The translations under genes were made by a program, and so were the position numbers. From a virus (Duplodnaviria > Caudoviricetes): 40,428 nucleotides of DNA. The notes below the pieces were generated by a model. The model did not search any database. It was given only the letters and a program-made list of their open reading frames with translations, and was not told where the DNA came from. Below are positions 26,315-34,200 of the stretch, piece after piece (the stretch's first letter is position 1; every line of letters starts with the position of its first letter). The DNA lies in the IMG/VR virus record IMGVR_UViG_3300010383_000016, positions 1-40,428 of that record; one strand, written 5' to 3'.

Positions 26315-26739
26315 TGGATATGGCAAAGATTAGAGTTTGTTATGAAGACGACATTTTTGGTAGTCTTATACCGACTCGAATGATCATATCGTTCTCCCCA
26401 GGACGTTTCGACTGGACGGCCGAACGCTTCCCTATCCCCTTCAATGCGCCTTTTGAGCGCATCACGCTGGACGAGCTCGACGCCGACACTGCCACGGTCG
26501 GTGTGACGATCGCAGAGCTCACCCGCGACTTCGACTACCCCGAGCGCTTCTACCTGTCCATTCCTGCCCTTATCGCTTACATTGAGAATCTGAAAGCCAA
26601 GGAACCAGTTCCCTACTTTGACGATGGGAACCGATTGCAGTACGAAGATATTTTGCATTTTCAAATCTGGATGGGCGATATTGAGATGCTCTTGCAGATG
26701 GATATAAGCAGAATTTACGAATGGGGGACCTATCGATGA
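26314..26739 (+). CDS. Hypothetical protein coupled to immA and int
   Basis: 141 aa acidic ORF overlapping both neighbours. Confidence 0.65.
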   Translation: MDMAKIRVCYEDDIFGSLIPTRMIISFSPGRFDWTAERFPIPFNAPFERITLDELDADTATVGVTIAELTRDFDYPERFYLSIPALIAYIENLKAKEPVPYFDDGNRLQYEDILHFQIWMGDIEMLLQMDISRIYEWGTYR

Positions 26740-27875
26740 AAGGGTCAGTCAAGCAAGGGGAAAAATCTTGGTATTATGTAATCGATCTACCTAAGGATCC
26801 CGTTACGGGAAAACGCAGGCAGAGGCTAAAACGTGGGTTCCGTACCGAAGGAGAGGCGGAAGCCGCATGTGCGGAAGAGATCACAAGGATCAACAAGGGC
26901 CTCTTTGTAGAAGAAACAAAGATGACCCTTGCGGATTACTTTAAGCTTTATCTAGAGGTGCACGCGGAACCGAACTTTAAGCCGACTTCATATGACACCG
27001 AGAAAACCATAATCGAGGGAAGAATCAATCCTGATATCGGCCACCATGTGTTTCAAAAAATCACACCGCTCATCATCAAGCAATATTATGCCAAGCTGAG
27101 CAAAACCTACTCTTCGGATTACGTCAGGAATATTCATGGGGTTATGCGGCGGGCATTCCGTGTTGCTTACGCTGAACTCGAGCTGATTCCGGCGAACATC
27201 ATGGAAAAAGTGAAGACACCTAAGATTCAGAAGAAGGAAATGCAGTTTTGGGATGAGTCCGAATGGACGAAATTTTTACAGGTTTCATTTGACCACGTCC
27301 ACTACATTTTCTTCGCGCTGGCAATACGCGCCGGCATGCGCCGCGGCGAAGTGCTCGGGCTTCGTTGGAAGGATATCGACTTCAATAAGAAGGTGCTGAC
27401 GGTTCAGCAGACTGTGAACTGGACTCGGAATGGCTTGATCTTTCAGCCGGTACCGAAGACGGAGGGATCGAACCGAAAGGTGGAGCTGGACAGCCTTCTC
27501 TTGAACGAACTGAAGGAACGGCGAAAACAGGTGCTTGAAAATAAGCTGCGACTCGGGAAGGATTTCATGGATCACGATTTGGTTTGTTGCTACGAGAACG
27601 GCGAACCAGTTAAGCCAAAGAGAATAACCGAAGGTATGGAGGTGCTGACTCGCAAAGCCGGTATCAAGAAGATCCGTGTTCACGATCTGCGCCATACTCA
27701 CGCCTCCTTCCTCCTCTATCTCAACATCAACCCAAAGGTAGCTGCCGAACGAATGGGAATGAGTGTCCAGATGTTCAACAGCCGCTATTCTCACCTGCTC
27801 CCCACAATGCAAAAAGAAGCCGTCAATCTGATCGAAGAGCGACTCGCTTCACTTCAAAAAACTGTGGATAAATAG
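26736..27875 (+). CDS. int: Tyrosine integrase
   Basis: Arm-binding 'WYYVID..DPVTGKRRQ..RGFRT'; catalytic 'GMRRGE', 'HDLRHTHAS', 'RYSH'. Confidence 0.95.
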   Translation: MKGSVKQGEKSWYYVIDLPKDPVTGKRRQRLKRGFRTEGEAEAACAEEITRINKGLFVEETKMTLADYFKLYLEVHAEPNFKPTSYDTEKTIIEGRINPDIGHHVFQKITPLIIKQYYAKLSKTYSSDYVRNIHGVMRRAFRVAYAELELIPANIMEKVKTPKIQKKEMQFWDESEWTKFLQVSFDHVHYIFFALAIRAGMRRGEVLGLRWKDIDFNKKVLTVQQTVNWTRNGLIFQPVPKTEGSNRKVELDSLLLNELKERRKQVLENKLRLGKDFMDHDLVCCYENGEPVKPKRITEGMEVLTRKAGIKKIRVHDLRHTHASFLLYLNINPKVAAERMGMSVQMFNSRYSHLLPTMQKEAVNLIEERLASLQKTVDK

Positions 27876-27904
27876 CTTTCGTGATCACGCGTGTGATCAT
27901 GAAC

Positions 27905-27952
27905 GAAAAAGCCCGCTGTCTCGACCTCTTTGGGAGGTGATTCAGCGGGCTT
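27905..27952. terminator. Hairpin terminator between int and the tRNA copy
   Basis: AAAAAGCCCGCTG...CAGCGGGCTT; T tail on minus strand, i.e. downstream of the tRNA. Confidence 0.65.
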
Positions 27953-27996
27953 ATGATTTCTTATAAGTGCAGTAATATCAAGGGTTTGTAAGGTAA

Positions 27997-28070
27997 TGGG
28001 CCCTACAGGACTCGAACCTGTGACCAATCGGTTATGAGCCGACCGCTCTAACCAACTGAGCTAAAGAATC
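27997..28070 (-). tRNA. tRNA-Ile2(CAT)-like copy with broken acceptor stem (att core)
   Basis: GATTCTT TA GCTC AGTTGGTTA GAGC G GTCGG CTCATAA CCGAT TGGTC ACAGG TTCGAGT CCTGT AGGGCCC A; pairs 2-71 and 3-70 mismatched; no CCA. Confidence 0.85.
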
Positions 28071-28171
28071 CTTCAAACATAGGTAAAACTAGTTCTATAA
28101 GTGGGAACTTTCCTCGGTCTTCCTGCGAATGATGAAACATGGTTCAGAATGTTTTGTGATCACCAACGTGA

Positions 28172-28450
28172 TCAATTGAACCATGCACGATAGTCATAGG
28201 TTGATTTCTCCTCCGGCCGCGTCACCGGACCTGATCCGCGCTCCCATCCTTCGAGTACCTTGATCTCCTCGACTTGCTTCAGTGGCCACTCTATGTACCG
28301 CTCGCGCTCGAGCCCTTCGAGCGCCTTGGTGATGGCGTAGCGACGATAGCCGGTCTTGGTCTCAAGGATCGCCATGGTAGGCTTGGATCGGTGCATAAAG
28401 GTAAGGTTATATAGGATCCGCAGCAGCTTGCGTTCGTGGTCGGTCAGCAT
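28172..28450 (-). CDS. Small winged-HTH-like protein next to attP
   Basis: 'LTDHERKLLRIL..PT...L..KTG..I.KALEGLERERYIEW'; RBS GAGGTG; upstream TTGTAC-18-TATAAT. Confidence 0.7.
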   Translation of the reverse strand: MLTDHERKLLRILYNLTFMHRSKPTMAILETKTGYRRYAITKALEGLERERYIEWPLKQVEEIKVLEGWERGSGPVTRPEEKSTYDYRAWFN

Positions 28451-28498
28451 ATAATCACCTCAGGATTATTATATGCGAACAAAATACGAACGTACAAT

Positions 28499-28524
28499 AA
28501 AAAACCACGGATATGTATCCGTGG
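28499..28524 (-). terminator. Intrinsic terminator of AT-rich two-gene cassette
   Basis: Minus strand CCACGGATA-CA-TATCCGTGG followed by T run. Confidence 0.75.
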
Positions 28525-28538
28525 CGATTGAGATGATC

Positions 28539-28751
28539 TTAATTTTGAGCAGCTATAAATTCGAATCGTTCCCTGTTTATCTCCAAATTTTTAAATGCTC
28601 TTGTTAATGGATGCATTTTTACATCAGCATGATCACCATATTTTTCAGACGCCTCAAGAATGATCGACTCAATTTCTTCTTTCGTAATTTTAATACCAAG
28701 GTCTTCCACGCTTCTGAATAAAGCATCGTTCTTGGAATCACAATTAACCAT
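28539..28751 (-). CDS. AT-rich small hypothetical protein
   Basis: 70 aa, RBS AAGGAGG. Confidence 0.7.
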   Translation of the reverse strand: MVNCDSKNDALFRSVEDLGIKITKEEIESIILEASEKYGDHADVKMHPLTRAFKNLEINRERFEFIAAQN

Positions 28752-28778
28752 TGTACTTCCTCCTTATGATGCATTAAT

Positions 28779-29489
28779 TTATAAGCCAAAGGGGGTTATA
28801 TTTGTATCTTTAATTTGGGATATCTTATCGGACAGCTCTTTTCTTTTCCCCTCTAATACCTCTTTATTGATCCTCGATTTCCAAATTCTGTACAACTTAA
28901 TCAAGTTAGAATAAAGTTTATCATTGTCCCCCCTATATCTGCAAAGCGGAAGGTACAATGACTCAACTAATTCACAATATGCGTCCGATAACGGATTAAA
29001 TGCCAAGTTTTCATCTGCAAGACCACATGTCATTGCTGCAGCGAAATATTCTAATTGATTTAAAACATTACTGGCTCCGGCTGCACCCATGGAACTCACG
29101 ACAATAGTGTATTCAGACAATTCCCTCTCGTTCTTACTAAATGTACCTGCCAAGTCAATTTCAATTTTGCTTGCCTTAATGAATGTATTCCTAATTGCCT
29201 TGCGTTCTGCCTCTTCAGTAGCTCTTTCCATAAGTGTCTTCCTAAGTTCACTAACTCGTTGACTGTAAGTATTCATCGCTGGGAAAAAGTCAGATGCAAA
29301 CCAATCTAAATATTCTAAGCTCTTTTCCATGGCAGCCCTTTGATTTTTCTGCCTAATGTCCATTTTAAGCAATTTCAATTGATATAATCCTATTATTACA
29401 GTGGCAAACAGACCAATACTAGTAACAAAATAAAGGGATTCTAATATAGGTCTCCATTTTGTCAGAAAATCAAGCAACGAAATCGCCAC
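28779..29489 (-). CDS. AT-rich moron, DUF4760-like membrane-anchored protein
   Basis: N-terminal TM followed by 'VLNQLEYFAAAM..GLADE' and 'YSNLIKLY..WK'. Confidence 0.65.
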   Translation of the reverse strand: MAISLLDFLTKWRPILESLYFVTSIGLFATVIIGLYQLKLLKMDIRQKNQRAAMEKSLEYLDWFASDFFPAMNTYSQRVSELRKTLMERATEEAERKAIRNTFIKASKIEIDLAGTFSKNERELSEYTIVVSSMGAAGASNVLNQLEYFAAAMTCGLADENLAFNPLSDAYCELVESLYLPLCRYRGDNDKLYSNLIKLYRIWKSRINKEVLEGKRKELSDKISQIKDTNITPFGL

Positions 29490-29566
29490 CTAGTATTATT
29501 TTTCCAATTACAAAATATCTTAAACTATTTATTTATAAAAATAAATATATATTTACAAGAATATAC

Positions 29567-29599
29567 AAAAAAGCCCCGCAAGCAACAGCCGCGGGGCTT
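29567..29599 (-). terminator. Intrinsic terminator after endolysin
   Basis: Minus strand AAGCCCCGC-...-GCGGGGCTT-TTTT. Confidence 0.8.
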
Positions 29600-29603
29600 C
29601 GTT

Positions 29604-30371
29604 CTATAAAAAATAATTCTCACGCATTGCTGGTTCCAGCAAAAGCAAACGTTGCTTCGCCCATTCTTGTTCCCCTTCGCTCACCGTCGGCTTGCCGAAT
29701 TGATCAAGCCCTTTCGCAGTGTTGTACGTCCAAAGGATAACGTTGGCGATCCTAAAAGCAAGTTCATCCCTCTGGGCACTGGATTCAGCATACTTTAAGT
29801 GCTGTTCAAGATCGGCGACGTCGCGGCGCACCCTGTTGTAGTCGTAGCCTGGGCATTCCGTCTCATTCAGCTCGCCGTGTGCCTTGATTGCTTGGAAGTT
29901 CGGCAGTGCCGTCTTCACGGTAATGATCGTCGCATAGAGCGCGGCTCGATCGGCGTCCGTCAGAGCGTCCGTGTGGGCGTATTCACCCTCGACGCAGATG
30001 TGGACCGTGTACGCATTGTTCGAGCCGACGCCGTAGACGCGATCAAGGACGTCGTTGACCTGGTACGCTTGTCCGGCGCGGATATAGAAATGATACGGGA
30101 TACCGGGTTCCCCTTTCTTCTCATATGCGCGCCCGTTGATATGATTCGTCGCATGCCGAGCAGCCGTGGCACCCGATGATTTTGGCACGGCGGTATGATG
30201 GAGCACGATCGTGGTCAGATCATTGATGTCGCGTTTCGCTGGATATCCATTGATGACAGCGAGCTCCGCCCACGAATAGGCTGGATTCTTCGGGAGCTGG
30301 TCTGTGATGTCCTGTAGTTGGTTGACACCGAGCTTATTTACGAGGTTGGTCGGGAATTGCAGATTCCGCAT
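29604..30371 (-). CDS. Endolysin, N-acetylmuramoyl-L-alanine amidase (Amidase_2-like)
   Basis: 'IVLHHTA', 'GIPYHFYI', 'HGEL.ETECPG'; RBS AAGGAGG before ATG 30371. Confidence 0.88.
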   Translation of the reverse strand: MRNLQFPTNLVNKLGVNQLQDITDQLPKNPAYSWAELAVINGYPAKRDINDLTTIVLHHTAVPKSSGATAARHATNHINGRAYEKKGEPGIPYHFYIRAGQAYQVNDVLDRVYGVGSNNAYTVHICVEGEYAHTDALTDADRAALYATIITVKTALPNFQAIKAHGELNETECPGYDYNRVRRDVADLEQHLKYAESSAQRDELAFRIANVILWTYNTAKGLDQFGKPTVSEGEQEWAKQRLLLLEPAMRENYFL

Positions 30372-30981
30372 CGGCGCTCCCTCCTTCCGCCGGCTGCGTG
30401 CTGCCCGGGACAACGTACACCTGTTGCTGCTGCGCTGCCTTGTCGATGCCGCCCTCCACCCACTGGTAAACTGCCGTCGCAGCGAGTTGCACGACCAGGT
30501 TGATCGCCGGCATCCAATCATTCACCTTGTCGCCGAGGTTAATGTTCCCCGTCAGATACCCGGCCAAGATGATGATGTTCGTGATCGTGACGATTAGGAA
30601 AGCCTGAAACTTCGTTTTGGTCAGCTTTTTCAGATACTCTCGCATTCTCTTCAATCCCTTCAAAATGATGCTCCGTCCGATGGATCGGGCAATAGATCGT
30701 GCCGGCCGTGACAACGTGGAAGGCCAGGATGATGCCGGGCGGATACTTCCGCTTAAGGGCTTCGACATAGGCGCATCGCATGGCTTCCCTCCTTCCAGCA
30801 GATAGATGATATAGTCAAGCTTGTCTTGCTCGTGGTCCCGAAGCGGCCGCGGCAGCCGGCGGTTGATGTACTGCTTAAGCCGACGGTTCTTTAGGAACAA
30901 AATAAGAGCCCCCGCGAGGGAGCCCCATGATAAGCCGTTCTTGATGAAATGGCTGATCGTATCAAGGATCCAGTCGAGCAT
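30334..30981 (-). CDS. Holin-like membrane protein (possible internal start at 30645)
   Basis: N-terminal TM; C-terminal 'KLTKTKF..' two-TM '..EGGIDK' holin-like domain; upstream of amidase. Confidence 0.65.
   Translation of the reverse strand: MLDWILDTISHFIKNGLSWGSLAGALILFLKNRRLKQYINRRLPRPLRDHEQDKLDYIIYLLEGGKPCDAPMSKPLSGSIRPASSWPSTLSRPARSIARSIGRSIILKGLKRMREYLKKLTKTKFQAFLIVTITNIIILAGYLTGNINLGDKVNDWMPAINLVVQLAATAVYQWVEGGIDKAAQQQQVYVVPGSTQPAEGGSADAESAIPDQPRK
30539..30781 (-). CDS. Overprinted ORF nested in holin gene (Cys/His-rich, 80 aa)
   Basis: AGGAGG (30793-30788) 6 nt before ATG; different frame from holin. Confidence 0.5.
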   Translation of the reverse strand: MRCAYVEALKRKYPPGIILAFHVVTAGTIYCPIHRTEHHFEGIEENARVSEKADQNEVSGFPNRHDHEHHHLGRVSDGEH

Positions 30982-31105
30982 ATCGCTCCTCCGGATCCGG
31001 CGGCTCATAGCAAAGCAAAAAGGCTGTCTCTTCGCCGAGCAGCCCCTTCACCATCATATATGTTTGATCGTCGACCGCCTTCTCGAGCGGGATCACCTCA
31101 AGCAA
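30962..31105 (-). CDS. Small hypothetical protein
   Basis: RBS GGGGAGGTG then TTG; overlaps holin start. Confidence 0.5.
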   Translation of the reverse strand: MLEVIPLEKAVDDQTYMMVKGLLGEETAFLLCYEPPDPEERYARLDP

Positions 31106-31124
31106 GGGCAACACCTCCCCTGAA

Positions 31125-31156
31125 ATAAAAACGAGGCACCCTTTACGGAGCCTCGT
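31125..31156 (-). terminator. Terminator between virion genes and lysis cassette
   Basis: Minus strand ACGAGGC-...-GCCTCGT-TTTT. Confidence 0.65.
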
Positions 31157-31277
31157 CTCGTATGTCTTGCGAATCATAGTAGTCCTGGCCGCGGCCACCG
31201 TGCCCGCCGCTCATCAGGATAATATTCAGGATAATGAAGATGATCACGATGATGACTGTCCCGGTTCGCTGGCTCAA
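31143..31277 (-). CDS. 44-aa single-TM peptide (not in ORF track)
   Basis: MSQRTGTVIIVIIFIILNIILMSGGHGGRGQDYYDSQDIRDEAP; TTG start after AAGGAG. Confidence 0.55.
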   Translation of the reverse strand: MSQRTGTVIIVIIFIILNIILMSGGHGGRGQDYYDSQDIRDEAP

Positions 31278-31284
31278 TGGATAT

Positions 31285-34200
31285 TCACTCCTTCCCCAGC
31301 CCTTTGCGGGCGATCTCGTTCATTCGATCGTCAAGCTCGTCGAGCTTCTTGCGCTTGTCGCCCGACTGCAGGTTCTTATCCTTCTGGACGGCTTTATACT
31401 GCTTGTTGAGGTCCGTGATGATGTTGTATGCCGCCTTCATTCGGCCGTAATCCGGATCCTTGAACGGCTGCTGGTTCTTCTCCGCCGAGTTTTTCGCCTT
31501 CGTGAGCTTATCCCACTTATCGTAGAAATCTTGGCGAATCTGCCCTCCTCCGTTCGTCGTCGCGAGGAACCCGGACACTGGTGGATGCTCGTAGAAAGCG
31601 CGTGAAGGCTGCGGCGCCTCGCTGTTTCCAAGCATCGCCTGAAGCAGCGTATCCAGTCCCTCAACGCCGTACTGGCCGAGCGTAGCCGTGAATCCTTTGA
31701 TCGTATTGTCGATGATACGCGGGCTCGCGAAGTTCGTGTCCGAAACGCCCGGAACGTGTGAAAGCGCATGGCCGGCCAATTTTGCGGTTTCGCTGGTGTT
31801 AATGCCGTACTGGTCCTTCTTCTCAAGATCCTGCTCGCCGCGGGGAATGATCGGTGCATCCCGGAAAAACGAGTGATTCGTCATCCCTTCGATGATCGGT
31901 GTGAATGCCGTTATGAGCGTCGGCGGCGTATAAGCTTCACCGAGGGCGCGCGCGTAACCGTCAAATGCATCCGGGTCATTGTCCTCCATCCATCGTAGCA
32001 TTCGCTCGGTGCCCGTAGCAAACATCATACCGGCCTCAAATGGCTTCGGAATTCGGGCGAATTGGTTCGTTCCGGCCACCGGGACAATGAAGAAGGTGTC
32101 CTTCTGCCACTGCGGTATGTTGTCGTATACCTTCTTCTGCTCGGGTCCGAGGTTTCGAGACCAGATGTAGAGACCAATCGACGGAAGTACCAGCGTTGTC
32201 ACTGCGCGCGTAAGGAAGGACGCTTTGGTTTTGTAATCCTTCGGACCTTCTCCCCAAAACGATCGAGCCGTCCGATCAATGCCTTGAATGCCGGCATTGA
32301 GGAACGCGATCATTCGGTTGGCCGGGCGGATCCCGGCGCCGGCGCGGTTGAAGTCCATCAAATCCCGGGCGGCGAACGCAGCCTCCTCGGAGCTCCCTGT
32401 CTTCTTAAGCACTTTCCGGTACGTTCCGACTTTCGTGGAAAGCTCCGATACCTCCGCTGCCTTCCTGAGCGCGCCGACCGTCCCCTTGATCAGCGTGTAT
32501 CCGCTCAGCAGCTTTCCCAACTCCTTCGGGCTCTTGATAACGTTCAGTGTCTTATCCTTGAAGCTCTTCTGAAACACCTGCTGGAGCGCTTCTCGGTTCG
32601 CCTCTCGGTCTAGTGACATCAGCGTGCTCATCGCCCCACCGCTCGACATGAACCGATCGAACAGTTCCGTTTTGCCCAGCACGTTAGCCAATCCAAAGAA
32701 AAAGTCTGCCGGGTTGAAGCCATACTTCGTGCTGTTCACCATGGCACCAACTGCATCACGGAATGCGTTCCGAAGCAAGAACGCCGGCGACAGCGTAGCT
32801 CCGGCGCGCAGCAGACCAGCCGCCCCGCCAAGGAAGCGAACAACTGAATTTGCCGACTCGTTATCGAGCGAGAGAAGTGCATTGTATAGCTCAGGATCGC
32901 GCACCTTGTACTGCTGCCGAACGCCGTTAATCCAAACCGATACGATGTGGTCAGCTCGCTCTGCTCCGCCCTTCCCAATGTGCTCCACCCATGCGCCGGC
33001 GTCGTTGATCTTCGCAAGCTCGGCGAGCTGCAGGCCCACCTTGTTCTTCGCGGCCGCGTTCATAACGAGAAATGCGTTCTTGACCATGCTCTCGATCGGG
33101 TTAATGATCGTTCTGGTCGAGCCCTCGTCGCTCATTCGCTTGACCGGATCCGTGACGTTTGCGAATCCCTTGGACGCCCCATAGCCCCCATTCTTGAAGC
33201 CCGCAATCGCGTCGTCATCGAAGTACCGCATGAACGGTACGTAGTTCGGATGCGTCTTTCGCATCGCCTGCACTTGCTTCGCCGACTTGAGCTGAGCGTC
33301 AACCATAAGCTGCAGCAGGGCGTCGTTCCACCCGATTACCTTCTGCTGGATCGCCTGCAGCTCAGGCGTATCCATTCGCGCAAGAACGGCCTTGATCTGC
33401 GAATCGCTGAACGGGACCTTCTTACCGGCCGCTTTCAAGTCGGCTGCGTGCTTAACAGCGAGGTACGTCGCAAACTGTTTCTCGCTTACCCCCATATCCT
33501 TCAGTGGGCTCAGAATCTGCCGCAGCCCATCGCTCAACTTGTTCCCCTTGTCATCGTAGATGCCGCGGGTAATCGCTAGCTTAGCCCGCTCGCCGATGCC
33601 GCGGCTGAGCCGGGCCATCTTATAGATCGAATCAGCGCCTACCCCTAGCTTCCCCTTTAGTGCCTTCTCCGCGAGTTTCAAAGGATTCAGATCGTCAACC
33701 ATCCGCGTATAGAAGCGATTCCAGCTAAAGTTCTGCTTGTCGCCGCCACTGTCGAAGTCTATAAGACCGACGGCCTGATTGAAATCACCCTGGGTGATCC
33801 ACGTGTCGATGTCCCGTGCAGATGCCTCTAGCCCCCGCAGTGTCTTTTCATCGAGCTTGCTTTCGAAGAACTTGGTGAAATTCGGGGCGATCCGTCGGGC
33901 CGCGTCCGGGTCAGTCAAACGCAAACGGACGTATTCGGCGACGCCTTCCGCCGGCAACTCATGGGGCTTGTATGCGGCAACGTTCAGGATTGGATTGTTG
34001 TGGATCAGCGCCATGTACTCGTTCTGAAATCGCTGATCTTGCAAATTAAAACGCTTGTCGAGGTTATGTCCGACCTCATGCGAGATCACCTGCAGGTCTT
34101 CGGCCATGCGCGTCCGAACGACCCCCGACCGGACCTTGTGAATGCCCAATACACCACGTCCGGCCTTAAGCTTGCCGGCATCGATGACGACCTTGAGGTT

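Larger units (their letters stand above)
27881..28174. promoter_or_regulatory. attP region with paired arm-type repeats
   Basis: GTGATCA pairs with 12-bp period on both sides of the tRNA core: 27881/27893 and 28156/28168. Confidence 0.75.

Noticed and set aside
28470-28495. Possible LexA box upstream of the att-proximal HTH gene
   Set aside because: Only two direct CGAAC half-sites; no inverted CGAAC-N4-GTTCG.
29604-30521. 305-aa endolysin as given in the ORF track
   Set aside because: The first 50 codons overlap the holin; the strong RBS supports the start at 30371.
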